The notes under the pieces were generated by a model. That model searched no databases. It saw nothing but the letters and a program-made list of their open reading frames with translations, and was not told the origin of the DNA. Position numbers and translations under genes: made by a program. Positions 20,616 to 32,183 of a DNA stretch of 64,000 nucleotides are shown one piece after another. The stretch lies in sequence record MW233709; one strand, written 5' to 3'. Positions within the stretch are counted from its first letter, which is position 1. The number at the start of each line of letters is the position of its first letter. The stretch is from Escherichia phage UPEC01.

Positions 20616-21527
20616 ATGTCTATGTTTAAACGTAAAAACCCTGCTGACCTGGCTGCTTCCCTTAACGCTCTGAAAGGTGGTGCTGGTTTCTCTTCTGACG
20701 ATAAAAAAGAATGGAAACTGAAAGATACTGATGGTGTCGGCTCTGCGGTTATTCGTTTCCTGCCTTCTAAGAATGAAGAAAATCCATCTCCGTTCATCAA
20801 GCTCGTTAACCACGGCTTTAAAAACGCGGGTCAATGGTATATTGAAAACTGTACTTCTACTCACGGTGATTATGAAAACTGTCCTGTGTGTGCGTACATG
20901 AATAAGAATGACCTGTACAATACAAACGAATCCGAATATCGTAAACTGAAGCGTAATACTTCTTACTGGGCTAACATCCTGGTCATTAAAGACCCTGCTG
21001 TTCCGTCTAATGAAGGTCAAGTATTCAAATACCGCTTCGGCAAGAAAATCATGGACAAAATCAACCAGATGGTTGAAGTCGATGTTGACATGGGTGAAAC
21101 TGCTATCGATGTAACTTGTCCGTTTGAAGGTGCGAACTTCGTACTGAAATCTAAAATGGTTTCCGGTTATAAAAACTACGATGATTCCAAATTCATGAAC
21201 CAGTCTGAAATCGCTGGTATCAATGATGAAGCATTCCAGAAAAAACTTTGGGACGAAATGTCTGACCTGAATGAATTGCTGGTATTTAAATCTCTTGAAG
21301 AGAATCAGAAGAAATTCTCTAAAGTAATGGGTACGGCTGCTCTCGGTGGTGCTGCTTCTAAAGCTGCTGCGCAAGCCGATAAACTGGGCGCTGACCTGGA
21401 CGATTTTGATAAAGATATGGAAGACTTCACTTCCAGCAAACCTGCTAAGTCTGAACGCACTGCGACTGCTCCAAGCACTCCAGAGCCTTCTGATGATGGT
21501 CTTGACGACCTTCTGGCTGGCCTTTAA
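20616..21527 (+). CDS. 32: ssDNA-binding protein gp32
   Basis: 303 aa; [43 protein letters not shown], acidic C-terminus; matches T4 gp32. Confidence 0.95.
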   Translation: MSMFKRKNPADLAASLNALKGGAGFSSDDKKEWKLKDTDGVGSAVIRFLPSKNEENPSPFIKLVNHGFKNAGQWYIENCTSTHGDYENCPVCAYMNKNDLYNTNESEYRKLKRNTSYWANILVIKDPAVPSNEGQVFKYRFGKKIMDKINQMVEVDVDMGETAIDVTCPFEGANFVLKSKMVSGYKNYDDSKFMNQSEIAGINDEAFQKKLWDEMSDLNELLVFKSLEENQKKFSKVMGTAALGGAASKAAAQADKLGADLDDFDKDMEDFTSSKPAKSERTATAPSTPEPSDDGLDDLLAGL

Positions 21528-21532
21528 TATAA

Positions 21533-21557
21533 GGGGACCTTCGGGTCCCTTTTTTAT
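21533..21557 (+). terminator. intrinsic terminator after gene 32
   Basis: GGGACC-TTCG-GGTCCC hairpin plus TTTTTTATTTT. Confidence 0.75.
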
Positions 21558-21569
21558 TTTCAAAAAGTA

Positions 21570-21599
21570 GTGTACAAGTCCCTTGAGCTAAGGCATAAT
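21570..21599 (+). promoter_or_regulatory. early promoter cassette
   Basis: AAAAAGTAGTGTACA ... CATAAT right after gene 32 terminator. Confidence 0.6.
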
Positions 21600-21637
21600 G
21601 ATTCCATCAACTACTGATAACAACTGAGGAAATAAAA

Positions 21638-22000
21638 ATGGAAATCGGCAAAAAATATGAGTTCAATCCACATCGTATTAAATCTTTCATTGATATTAGT
21701 TCATCGAATGCTAGTATGGTTGACATCATCCAAGAAAATGGCGGTTGGTTTGAAGTTAAATCAATATCAAGTGCAGACGGCTATGATTATGTAACCGAAA
21801 TCATTTGTGCTAATGGTGCAATCTATAATGATGATGGCATGGGTGATGATTATTTTGAACTTAGTGAAGAAGAGTTTTATTGCTTCCGTGAATACTCTAG
21901 TTATACAAAAACACCTTCAGGGGCGGTTTCTATTAATTGTGTTGTAGATGTTAATAACGTCGACCAAATCATTGAACTTCTACAAAAAGCTTTCAAATAG
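21638..22000 (+). CDS. hypothetical protein (120 aa), paralog of 22350-22718
   Basis: ORF after early promoter; shares GK.Y.F..., DYFEL.E.EF motifs with 22350 ORF. Confidence 0.5.
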   Translation: MEIGKKYEFNPHRIKSFIDISSSNASMVDIIQENGGWFEVKSISSADGYDYVTEIICANGAIYNDDGMGDDYFELSEEEFYCFREYSSYTKTPSGAVSINCVVDVNNVDQIIELLQKAFK

Positions 22001-22002
22001 CA

Positions 22003-22033
22003 GTTTACAACGGGTCTATGATTATGTTATTAT
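22003..22033 (+). promoter_or_regulatory. early promoter cassette
   Basis: GTTTACA ... TATTAT with inverted repeat GGTCTAT/ATAGACC. Confidence 0.5.
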
Positions 22034-22062
22034 AGACCTATCAACTACATGAGGAAAATAAA

Positions 22063-22290
22063 ATGGCTAAGGTTAATATTGATATCGTTGATTTTGAATA
22101 CACTTACGAAGTTATTCGTAATCGGTATCCTTCTTTGTGTATGACTTACATTAAAGATACTGAAGTCTTTGGTATTCAAATTGAAGTCCAAGGTCCTCTT
22201 GAAGATATTACCCGCTTTATGCAAAATGAATATTGTGACGGTATGTACCCAGAAGACGCTGAATTTTATATGGGTTTGATTCAAGCTTAG
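22063..22290 (+). CDS. hypothetical protein (75 aa)
   Basis: ORF after early promoter 22003-22033. Confidence 0.45.
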   Translation: MAKVNIDIVDFEYTYEVIRNRYPSLCMTYIKDTEVFGIQIEVQGPLEDITRFMQNEYCDGMYPEDAEFYMGLIQA

Positions 22291-22319
22291 TATACAAACC
22301 AACTGGAACATGATAATAT
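22290..22319 (+). promoter_or_regulatory. early promoter cassette
   Basis: GTATACA ... GATAATAT inside inverted repeat GGAACAT/ATGTTCC. Confidence 0.5.
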
Positions 22320-22349
22320 GTTCCCTCAATTGAATATGAGGAAATTAAA

Positions 22350-22718
22350 ATGATGGAAACTGGTAAATTTTACGTATTAGACCCTGCTGCCAAAAAACAA
22401 TTCATCGCTGGTAGTCCTGATGACAATTCGCGTATGATTAAGTTGATGGAACAACATGGTAGTTCCTTCAAAGTCCTGGACATGTGCTTTATTGATGGCG
22501 ATTATTTTGTTGAAAAAGTTGAAATGAAAGATGGCACCATCCTGGATAGTATGGATGGTGCTGATGAGTACTTTGAACTCGCTGAATGGGAATTCCGTCA
22601 CTTCATAGAAGTAGATGGTGATGCTCCTGATGTTGATACCCAAACCATTCATGTGCAAGTCAATCACAAAAATGCAGCAGAAGTCATTGCACTGATTAAA
22701 GCAACTTTTGGGGTCTAA
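22350..22718 (+). CDS. hypothetical protein (122 aa), paralog of 21638-22000
   Basis: ORF after early promoter; N-terminal GKFY...KKQFIAG motif also present in 34673 ORF. Confidence 0.5.
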   Translation: MMETGKFYVLDPAAKKQFIAGSPDDNSRMIKLMEQHGSSFKVLDMCFIDGDYFVEKVEMKDGTILDSMDGADEYFELAEWEFRHFIEVDGDAPDVDTQTIHVQVNHKNAAEVIALIKATFGV

Positions 22719-22719
22719 C

Positions 22720-22974
22720 ATGACTAAAGATGATTTCCTGGATGCAGTAGAAAAAGCAAGCGAACAGTTTGAAGTAATGGGTGTACGAGTTCATAAAGAC
22801 AGAAATTATGGTCTGGATGTTCAAACATACTCATTATGGCTTGTTGGTGAGCACAGTCTTGCAACCAATCTGGTGATGGGTATGGATGTTCATCCTTTAT
22901 TAGTTAAGTTCAGAAGTATGGAAAAAGCCACCAAGGAAATGATTAAACTTGGCAAATGGCTTGATAAAATTTAA
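22720..22974 (+). CDS. hypothetical protein (84 aa)
   Basis: ATG at 22720; track start 22708 is TTG. Confidence 0.45.
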   Translation: MTKDDFLDAVEKASEQFEVMGVRVHKDRNYGLDVQTYSLWLVGEHSLATNLVMGMDVHPLLVKFRSMEKATKEMIKLGKWLDKI

Positions 22975-22980
22975 AAAGTA

Positions 22981-23010
22981 GTGTACAACCAAATGGGGCT
23001 ATGACATAAT
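22981..23010 (+). promoter_or_regulatory. early promoter cassette
   Basis: AAAAAGTAGTGTACA ... CATAAT; conserved block variant 23013-23030. Confidence 0.6.
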
Positions 23011-23051
23011 GGTCCCATACTGAGTTAACAACTAAAACCCTGGAGAATAAA

Positions 23052-23291
23052 ATGAAATTACAACGTGAGAGCATCAAAGATTCAGAAGTTAAAGGCAAAT
23101 GGTACTTCACAATCCAGGGTAACAATCCAGAAGCTCTGGAAAAAGCTGAAGAAACTTTATGCGCGATGGGTTGGAAAGATGAGTGCGATGGTTGCCCTCT
23201 TTATGAAGATGGTAGCTCATCTGGTTTCTGGATTCACCACTCTGACGTTGACCAATTTAAAGCTGACTGGAAAGTTGCTAAGAAAGCGTGA
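23052..23291 (+). CDS. hypothetical protein (79 aa)
   Basis: ORF with GGAGAATAAAATG RBS after early promoter 22981-23010. Confidence 0.5.
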   Translation: MKLQRESIKDSEVKGKWYFTIQGNNPEALEKAEETLCAMGWKDECDGCPLYEDGSSSGFWIHHSDVDQFKADWKVAKKA

Positions 23292-23301
23292 GGAAAATAT
23301 A

Positions 23302-25077
<1,776 letters not shown>

Positions 25078-25078
<1 letters not shown>

Positions 25079-25275
25079 TGAATATTCGTATAGTAAACAA
25101 TAGATACGGCACCAATGAGGTGCTGTTTGAAAAAATGAACATAAGTCTCGATGAACTGCCTAAAGAGAAAACAACGATTTTTGTCCAGGGTAAAGAACTT
25201 TATGTTATGCGTGTTATTAAATCGTATGAATATGATGATTTCAATCGGTCTATCTGGTTTATTGTCGAGGTATAA
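25078..25275 (+). CDS. hypothetical protein (65 aa)
   Basis: TAATG-coupled ORF after td. Confidence 0.4.
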
Positions 25276-25336
25276 TGAAAATTCAAATTGCCGGTATTTT
25301 ATTTCTGGCCGTAATGGTCGGGCTTAACTTCCTACT

Positions 25337-25636
25337 ATGAAAGCCTGTCGGGTTGTTAACAAATATCAATCCGACTTTGATGTGAATATTCAACGGGGTA
25401 CCATGTGGGGAAATCCATATAAAGATGGTACCCGAGAAGAAAACATAAAGAACTTTAAAGAATATTTCATAGCAAAGATTAAATCGGGTGAAATCAAAAG
25501 AGAACATCTTGAAACTCTCCGCGGAATGCGATTAGCCTGCACATGCAAACCGAAGTCATGTCATGGCGACGTTATCGCTCTGGTCGTTAACAAACTTTTC
25601 AAAGACACCTTTTCGCTCGAGGATTTGGGTACATAA
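25337..25636 (+). CDS. hypothetical Cys/His-motif protein (99 aa)
   Basis: WGNPY and CTCKPKSCHGD motifs; family assignment not certain. Confidence 0.45.
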   Translation: MKACRVVNKYQSDFDVNIQRGTMWGNPYKDGTREENIKNFKEYFIAKIKSGEIKREHLETLRGMRLACTCKPKSCHGDVIALVVNKLFKDTFSLEDLGT

Positions 25637-25645
25637 ATACGATTC

Positions 25646-25669
25646 CGCTTCAGGGCACTGTGATATAAT
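25646..25669 (+). promoter_or_regulatory. middle promoter candidate
   Basis: CGCTTCA box, 13 bp, TATAAT. Confidence 0.4.
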
Positions 25670-25695
25670 TATTTAAAATTTAATGAGAGGAAATT

Positions 25696-25941
25696 ATGAA
25701 TTTACGATTTAAACGCCAGTCAGGCGAAGTCATTTTTGAAATGCCACAATTTACCGAACAGGATTTACCTGCACCAAATTCTTATATCACTATTGACGGA
25801 ATCAAATTTCTGGCCAAACGACATGAACGTGTCTACTGTCATGATTCAGCCGGTGATGTCCAGTCATATTTTGACATCACTGTCCAGTCAGAAGAAGAAT
25901 ATAATGATGAAATGACTTCGGAACTACCAGAGACAATTTAA
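25696..25941 (+). CDS. hypothetical protein (81 aa)
   Basis: ORF with GAGAGGAAATT RBS downstream of promoter 25646-25669. Confidence 0.45.
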   Translation: MNLRFKRQSGEVIFEMPQFTEQDLPAPNSYITIDGIKFLAKRHERVYCHDSAGDVQSYFDITVQSEEEYNDEMTSELPETI

Positions 25942-25974
25942 GGTTCCCAACCCTTTTGAACTATAGAGGAAAAC

Positions 25975-28230
25975 ATGCAAGTACAAAAAAGTAGTGGTGT
26001 ATCCCAAGATTTTGATGGCCAGAAAATTATTAAAGTTCTTTCTTGGTCATGTGAAGGAACCAATATCGACCCATACGAATTATACGAAACAATCAAACCA
26101 CATCTGCGCGATGGCATGACTACTCGCGATATTCAGACGGTTATCATCAAAGTGTCTGCTGGGCTTATCTCGGTTGAAGAACCAGATTACCAATATGTTG
26201 CAGCCAAAGCTACGATGTTTGCTCTGCGTAAAGATGTTTACGGACAATTTGAGCCGCGTTCTTTTATTGACCAGATTTCTTATTGTGTTAATGAAGGCAA
26301 ATACGACCCGGAGCTGTTGTCAAGCTACTCCGCCGAAGAGATTACTTATCTGGAATCTCGTATCAAACACGAACGTGATTTTGACTTGACTTATGCAGGC
26401 GCGATGCAGCTTAAAGAAAAATACCTGGTTAAAGATAAAACCACTGGGAAAATCTACGAGACTCCGCAATTCGCTATCATGGCTATCGGCATGGCACTGC
26501 ACCAGGATGAACCAACGGACCGCCTGAAGCACGTTTGCCGTTTTTATGATGCAGTATCCACCCGACAGGTTTCGTTGCCCACACCTATCATGGCGGGCGC
26601 CAGAACACCTACCAGGCAGTTCAGTTCATGTGTGGTTATCGAAGCGGCTGACTCCCTGAAGTCAATTAATAAGACTGCTAATTCAATCATCGAATATATC
26701 AGTAAGCGTGCAGGTATCGGTATCAACGTTGGCATGATTCGTGCTGAAGGTTCGAAAATCGGTATGGGCGAAGTCAAGCATACTGGTGTTATTCCGTTCT
26801 GGAAACATTTCCAAACGGCTGTTAAATCATGTTCACAAGGTGGAATCCGTGGCGGCGCTGCTACTGCTTATTATCCTATTTGGCATTTGGAAGTTGAAAA
26901 TTTACTCGTTCTGAAGAACAACAAGGGCGTTGAAGAAAACCGCATCAGACATATGGACTATGGTGTCCAGCTGAATAACCTGATGATGGAACGACTGGCT
27001 AAGAATGATTACATCACTCTGTTTAGTCCACACGAAGCTGGCGGTGAATTGTATTATTCATATTTTGATAACCCGGATAAATTCCGCGAGTTATATGAAG
27101 CCTTAGAAAAAGACCCGACAGTTCGCAAGAAACGTATCAAAGCAAAAGATGTATTTGAATTATTCATGACCGAACGTTCCGGTACGGCCAGGGTTTATCC
27201 GCAGTTCGTCGATAACGTGAATGACTACACTCCGTTCATCCGTGACAAGGCTCCGATTCGTCAATCAAACCTTTGCTGCGAAATTGCAATCCCGACTACT
27301 GATGTGAACAGCGAAGACGCTGAAATCGGATTGTGCACATTGTCCGCATTTGTTCTGGATAGTTTTGACTGGCAGGACCAAGATAAGATTAATGAACTGG
27401 CCGAAGTTCAAGTTCGGGCTCTTGACAACCTGTTGGACTATCAGGGTTATCCGGTTAAAGAAGCTCTGAAAGCCAAAAAACGCCGCAACCTGGGTGTTGG
27501 GGTTACTAACTATGCTGCATGGTTGGCAAGCAATTTCGCTTCCTACGCTGATGCAAACGATTTAACGCATGAACTGTTTGAGAGATTACAATATGGCCTT
27601 ATCCGTGCATCAATCAAGCTCGCCAAAGAAAAAGGACCTTGCGAATATTATTCAGACACTCGTTGGGCTCGAGGCGAATTACCTATCGACTGGTACAATA
27701 AAAAGATTGACCAAATCGCAGCTCCAAACTACGTTTGTGACTGGGCGCAGTTGCGGGAAGACCTGGTTGAACATGGCATCCGTAATAGCACATTATCAGC
27801 ACTTATGCCTTGTGAGTCATCTTCCCAAGTTTCTAACAGTACAAACGGTATCGAACCTCCGCGTGGACCAGTCTCTATTAAAGAGTCAAAAGAGGGTTCC
27901 TTTAATCAAGTCGTGCCCAATATTGAGCACAATAAAGGATTGTACGATTACGCATGGGTGCTAGCTAAGCAAGGTAACAAACCTTATCTGACACAAGTCG
28001 CGATTATGCTGAAATGGGTATGTCAATCAGCTTCAGCGAATACATATTATGACCCGCAGAATTATCCGAAAGGAAAAGTTCCGATGTCTGTTATGCTTGA
28101 CGACCTGATGTACTTCTGGTATTTTGGTGGAAAAAACCTTTATTATCATAACACTCGAGATGGTTCCGGAACAGACGATTACGAAATCGAAGCTCCTAAA
28201 GCAGAAGACTGCTCCGCCTGTAAACTTTGA
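25975..28230 (+). CDS. nrdA: ribonucleotide reductase class Ia large subunit NrdA
   Basis: 751 aa; ATP-cone N-terminus, catalytic NLCCEI, C-terminal redox Cys pair; T4 NrdA 754 aa. Confidence 0.95.
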   Translation: MQVQKSSGVSQDFDGQKIIKVLSWSCEGTNIDPYELYETIKPHLRDGMTTRDIQTVIIKVSAGLISVEEPDYQYVAAKATMFALRKDVYGQFEPRSFIDQISYCVNEGKYDPELLSSYSAEEITYLESRIKHERDFDLTYAGAMQLKEKYLVKDKTTGKIYETPQFAIMAIGMALHQDEPTDRLKHVCRFYDAVSTRQVSLPTPIMAGARTPTRQFSSCVVIEAADSLKSINKTANSIIEYISKRAGIGINVGMIRAEGSKIGMGEVKHTGVIPFWKHFQTAVKSCSQGGIRGGAATAYYPIWHLEVENLLVLKNNKGVEENRIRHMDYGVQLNNLMMERLAKNDYITLFSPHEAGGELYYSYFDNPDKFRELYEALEKDPTVRKKRIKAKDVFELFMTERSGTARVYPQFVDNVNDYTPFIRDKAPIRQSNLCCEIAIPTTDVNSEDAEIGLCTLSAFVLDSFDWQDQDKINELAEVQVRALDNLLDYQGYPVKEALKAKKRRNLGVGVTNYAAWLASNFASYADANDLTHELFERLQYGLIRASIKLAKEKGPCEYYSDTRWARGELPIDWYNKKIDQIAAPNYVCDWAQLREDLVEHGIRNSTLSALMPCESSSQVSNSTNGIEPPRGPVSIKESKEGSFNQVVPNIEHNKGLYDYAWVLAKQGNKPYLTQVAIMLKWVCQSASANTYYDPQNYPKGKVPMSVMLDDLMYFWYFGGKNLYYHNTRDGSGTDDYEIEAPKAEDCSACKL

Positions 28231-28268
28231 TATAATTATGCTCATGGATGAGCTATTGAGGAAATAAA

Positions 28269-29447
28269 ATGAGTACAGTTTTTAATACCACTCCAGTGGA
28301 TGTTTTAGCCGAGCCGATGTTCTTCGGTTCTGGATTGGGGATTGCACGTTATGATATCCAGCGCCATAAAGTTTTCGAAGAATTAACAGAAAAGCAATTA
28401 TCATTCTTCTGGCGACCTGAGGAAGTCAACCTGATGATGGATGGAGCTCAATTTAATAAGCTTCCTGAACATCAACAAAATATTTTTACCAACAACCTGA
28501 AATACCAATCACTTCTGGATAGTATCCAGGGTCGTGCTCCAGCTGCAGCATTAGCCGCATTAGTTTCTGACCCGAGTCTTGATACATGGATTCAGACCTG
28601 GACATTCAGCGAGACAATTCACTCTCGTTCTTATACGCACATCATGCGAAATCTCTATACGGACCCGGCGAAGGTATTCGACGAAATCCTGTTAGATGAT
28701 GCAATCATGAAGCGCGCAGAATCCATTGGTCATTACTATGATGATGTTCTGAATAAAACTCGTCAATGGCAAAACCAGATTGCTTTTGTTGAACTGGCCA
28801 AAGAAACTCCCGAAGCGGACGAACGTTTGGAACGAGCTATCAAACAAGAAGCTATCGCCAAACGAGCATTGATGAAGTCTCTTTATCTCTGCCTGCATGT
28901 TATTAACGCCCTGGAAGCTATTCGTTTTTATGTATCTTTTGCATGTACTTTCAACTTCCATAAGAACATGGAAATCATGGAAGGTAATGCGAAGATAATG
29001 AAGTTCATCGCCCGTGATGAACAGCTCCACCTTAAGGGGACCCAATATATTCTTCGTCAGCTGCAAACTGGTGTTGACGGTGACGAATGGGTTAAAATCG
29101 CACACGAATGTGAAGCAGAAGCCGCAGCCATTTTCATGGAAGTTAATCGCCAGGAAAAAGAATGGGCCGTGCATCTGTTTAAAGATGGTGGGCTCCCTGG
29201 GTTGAGCGTCGAGATTCTTAACCGGTTCATCGATTACCTGACGGTTTCTCGTATGAAGCAATGTGGTCTCCCTTGTGAAATCGTGTTAGAATCTACTAAG
29301 CACCCGATTCCATGGATTCGCGAATATCTTAACTCTGATAATGTGCAATCTGCACCACAAGAAGTTGAGTTGTCTGCTTACCTGGTAGCCCAGATTGACA
29401 ATGACGTCGATGAGAATGTTCTTGCTGGTTTCCGTAAATATCTATAA
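28269..29447 (+). CDS. nrdB: ribonucleotide reductase small subunit NrdB (uninterrupted)
   Basis: 392 aa continuous ORF with di-iron/tyrosyl radical motifs (ETIHSRSY, ARDEQLH); no intron unlike T4. Confidence 0.95.
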   Translation: MSTVFNTTPVDVLAEPMFFGSGLGIARYDIQRHKVFEELTEKQLSFFWRPEEVNLMMDGAQFNKLPEHQQNIFTNNLKYQSLLDSIQGRAPAAALAALVSDPSLDTWIQTWTFSETIHSRSYTHIMRNLYTDPAKVFDEILLDDAIMKRAESIGHYYDDVLNKTRQWQNQIAFVELAKETPEADERLERAIKQEAIAKRALMKSLYLCLHVINALEAIRFYVSFACTFNFHKNMEIMEGNAKIMKFIARDEQLHLKGTQYILRQLQTGVDGDEWVKIAHECEAEAAAIFMEVNRQEKEWAVHLFKDGGLPGLSVEILNRFIDYLTVSRMKQCGLPCEIVLESTKHPIPWIREYLNSDNVQSAPQEVELSAYLVAQIDNDVDENVLAGFRKYL

Positions 29448-29449
29448 GG

Positions 29450-29470
29450 AAAGGGCTTCGGCCCTTTTTG
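29450..29470 (+). terminator. intrinsic terminator after nrdB
   Basis: AAGGGC-TTCG-GCCCTT plus T-run. Confidence 0.65.
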
Positions 29471-29473
29471 CCC

Positions 29474-29884
29474 ATGAAACAAATCGCTGATGAATACAGT
29501 TTTATAAAATACGCGGAGTTAGAGTTAGTCGATGGTAAAATCCCTATTCTTACTCTCGCGAACAAGAAAAATGTTATCTATGCTATTTCAGTTGATGATG
29601 AACTAGTGTATATTGGTAAGACGAACAACCTTAAGAAGCGTATCAACTATTACCGGACTGCGATTAACCGAATCGACCAGACGAGCGATTCAAACAAATC
29701 CCGGATGATACATGAAGCTTTACAAGAAGGTAAAAAGGTGGTATTCTATGCACGACAATGTTTCAATCTGTCAATGACCAATGAACTTGGCACAATGTCA
29801 GTCGAAACGATGTCTCTGGAAGAGCCGATGTTCATCAAGCTTTTTAATCCCCCGTGGAATTACCAACATAAGGTGAAGAAATGA
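29474..29884 (+). CDS. denA: endonuclease II (GIY-YIG family) DenA
   Basis: 136 aa from ATG 29474; VYIGKT.NL.KRINYYRTAINR and C-terminal KLFNPPWN match T4 DenA. Confidence 0.8.
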   Translation: MKQIADEYSFIKYAELELVDGKIPILTLANKKNVIYAISVDDELVYIGKTNNLKKRINYYRTAINRIDQTSDSNKSRMIHEALQEGKKVVFYARQCFNLSMTNELGTMSVETMSLEEPMFIKLFNPPWNYQHKVKK

Positions 29885-31017
29885 TTGAATTATATGATAA
29901 CTTAATGAAGCTTTGCGCCGAATCCGATAAAGGTAAGTTTTTCTATACGGATTTTGTTTCTCCATTTGAAACTAAGTTCCGCATCTTTAGCTATAACTAT
30001 GCTTCCTATAGTGATTGGCTTCTTGATGATGCGCTGGAGTGTCGTGGCATTATGTTTGAAATGGATGACAATGGTCCAGTTCGCATTGCCGCCCGTCCTA
30101 TGGAAAAATTCTTTAATCTGGGTGAGAATCCAATGACCATGGACCTTAACCTTGATGAGGTTGTCCTGGTTACTGCAAAAGCTGATGGTAGCTTGGTTTC
30201 TACTTATATGGACCAGACTAATATCGCCTTTAAATCCAAAGGGTCAATCAAAAGCTCCCAAGCTGCTGAATCCTTGCAGGTGTTTAAACAAGAGCATCGC
30301 AGTGCATTCAGGGCTCGCGTAACTGAAATCACTGAAGCTGGTTATACATGCAATATGGAATATGTTGCACCAACCAACCGCATTGTTTTGCCTTACCAGG
30401 AACGTGACCTGATTTTACTGAACGTTCGCCATAATGAAACTGGTGAATATATTCCTTATCAGGAACTGTTCAAAGATGCTGCGCTCCGTCCTTTCCTGGT
30501 TGAAGCATATGACCCGGCGAGCATTGAGAATGTTCGTGGTATGAAAGAGATTGAAGGCTTCGTCTATGAGCTGGCAAGTGGTCAGAAGTTCAAGATGAAA
30601 ACAGAATGGTATTGTGCTCTGCATCATACTAAAGACTCCATTAATAATAATGAGCGACTGTTTGAAGTTGTTGTTGCTGGCGGGGCAGATGATGTTATTG
30701 CCATGTTTACTGGCGATACTTATGCTCGCGAAAAAGTTAATGCCTTTACTGTAACGCATCTGGATTATCTGTCCAATACATTGGGATTGTTGCTTGATGC
30801 TCAGAAACAACTGGCAGGAAAAGACCGACGCGAGTTTGCGATTAAAGGTCAAGAGTTGTGCAAACCATACCCGGGATTGTTCTCCGTATTAATGAACACC
30901 TATCAACGCCCACAGGAAACTGAACAAACGATTGCTCAAATCAATAAAGTTTTCCTTAAAAATCATAAACTTTACATTCCGTCGGACTACCAAGCGGAAG
31001 TAATCCTTCCTGAATAA
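29881..31017 (+). CDS. rnlA: RNA ligase 1 (RnlA, gp63)
   Basis: 378 aa; RIFSYNYASYSDWLL.DALECRGIMFEMD, KADGSLVSTY (KxDG), IVL.YQE match T4 RnlA. Confidence 0.9.
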   Translation: MIELYDNLMKLCAESDKGKFFYTDFVSPFETKFRIFSYNYASYSDWLLDDALECRGIMFEMDDNGPVRIAARPMEKFFNLGENPMTMDLNLDEVVLVTAKADGSLVSTYMDQTNIAFKSKGSIKSSQAAESLQVFKQEHRSAFRARVTEITEAGYTCNMEYVAPTNRIVLPYQERDLILLNVRHNETGEYIPYQELFKDAALRPFLVEAYDPASIENVRGMKEIEGFVYELASGQKFKMKTEWYCALHHTKDSINNNERLFEVVVAGGADDVIAMFTGDTYAREKVNAFTVTHLDYLSNTLGLLLDAQKQLAGKDRREFAIKGQELCKPYPGLFSVLMNTYQRPQETEQTIAQINKVFLKNHKLYIPSDYQAEVILPE

Positions 31018-31027
31018 TAAAAAAGGG

Positions 31028-31057
31028 GTGTACAAGCCCCTCCTTTCTATACATAAT
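31028..31057 (+). promoter_or_regulatory. early promoter cassette
   Basis: GGTGTACA ... CATAAT; leader TCCATCAACTACTGA. Confidence 0.55.
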
Positions 31058-31088
31058 GGTTCCATCAACTACTGATGAGGACTAAAAC

Positions 31089-31322
31089 ATGTTAAACTTA
31101 ATTACAAATGAAAGAGTTACACAGGCATATGGTGACAGTAATGACGGAATCTATGTCTACAAGGGAGACCGCCGGATTGGTTTCATTACTGACCTGAAGG
31201 CCAAATTGTTAAAAGAACTGAAAGCTCAAACAGGTGATTCTGGGTTTAGAGCAAGAGCCAAAAAGAAAGATGAACGCCTGGGTGCCAACTCTTTTGGTCC
31301 CCGGGGTTACAACCGCTACTAA
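31089..31322 (+). CDS. hypothetical protein (77 aa), N-terminal paralog of following alc-like ORF
   Basis: Shares YGD..DGIYVYKG...IG..TDL.AKL with 31336 ORF. Confidence 0.45.
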   Translation: MLNLITNERVTQAYGDSNDGIYVYKGDRRIGFITDLKAKLLKELKAQTGDSGFRARAKKKDERLGANSFGPRGYNRY

Positions 31323-31335
31323 TGAGGAAAATATT

Positions 31336-31839
31336 ATGGATATGCAACTGATTTCAAATGAAATGATTGTCAATGAATATGGTGACCGTCATGACGGAAT
31401 TTATGTCTATAAAGGGACCAAGAAAATTGGTCTCATGACTGACTTGCGGAAAAAACTCGCCTCCGATAAAAAGTTGAAGGCGAAACAAAAAGAATATCGT
31501 GATAAAAAATCAGAAGAGCGGAAAGAAGCACTGCATGAATCTGTTCCTGAAATGGTTGACTTCTTAAAGAACCATTTGGTTAAATATGATGCAGAAGTGT
31601 TCATCAATCAGACCCAACCTAATGTGCATATCAATGGATGTGTTTGTTATGTTGTGGTTGAACCCCTGACACTTCAACACCGTCTGGGAATTAAACACCC
31701 AGTGTTGACCCAGGATGATATGGCGGATGAAGTTGGTAATCAGTTCCGCATTTCAGCATCTGACAGTACAAATCACATCCTCCTGAATGGTTTATCCCAG
31801 GATGATATTGTTGAGGTAATCATCAAGTTATGCAAATAA
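31336..31839 (+). CDS. alc: Alc-like protein (167 aa)
   Basis: Exactly 167 aa and between rnlA and pseT.3 as T4 alc; no sequence-level recall. Confidence 0.45.
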   Translation: MDMQLISNEMIVNEYGDRHDGIYVYKGTKKIGLMTDLRKKLASDKKLKAKQKEYRDKKSEERKEALHESVPEMVDFLKNHLVKYDAEVFINQTQPNVHINGCVCYVVVEPLTLQHRLGIKHPVLTQDDMADEVGNQFRISASDSTNHILLNGLSQDDIVEVIIKLCK

Positions 31840-32183
31840 GTAATCTCACTGCAGGGCTTATGCTCGCCCTGGTAGTAACTGCTGGTAGTGGTTTCTATCT
31901 AAAAGCAAAAGTGGATAATCTCAAGACAGCGGTGGCGGAAGTCACCAAAGTCGCAGAAGATAATGCGAAAAATCTACAATCAGTAAAAGACCAGGTTAAT
32001 CAAATTAATCTCCTTGACCAACAGCGCCAGGAATATGTTGAACACCTGCAGAAGGAAAATGATAAACTTCGCGCAGATGCAAAACGTACTAAGGTTGTGG
32101 CAGCGAAGCCTAAATTAGTTGAAAAACAGATTAATCAGTCTTTTGATAAGTTCGCCCAGGACTTCCAGGAGCTCACCAAATGA
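31830..32183 (+). CDS. i-spanin (PseT.3-like)
   Basis: N-terminal TM helix then long coiled-coil; ATGA-coupled to downstream lipoprotein; T4 pseT.3 position. Confidence 0.6.
   Translation: MQISNLTAGLMLALVVTAGSGFYLKAKVDNLKTAVAEVTKVAEDNAKNLQSVKDQVNQINLLDQQRQEYVEHLQKENDKLRADAKRTKVVAAKPKLVEKQINQSFDKFAQDFQELTK

Noticed and set aside
20586-21563. 325-aa ORF on the - strand spanning all of gene 32
   Set aside because: Entirely antisense to the strongly supported gp32 gene, with no promoter or RBS context and a low-complexity translation; treated as a chance open frame.
23065-23301. Upstream extension of the 23302-23643 ORF
   Set aside because: Overlaps the 23052-23291 gene in another frame and lacks an RBS; the ATG at 23302 has one.
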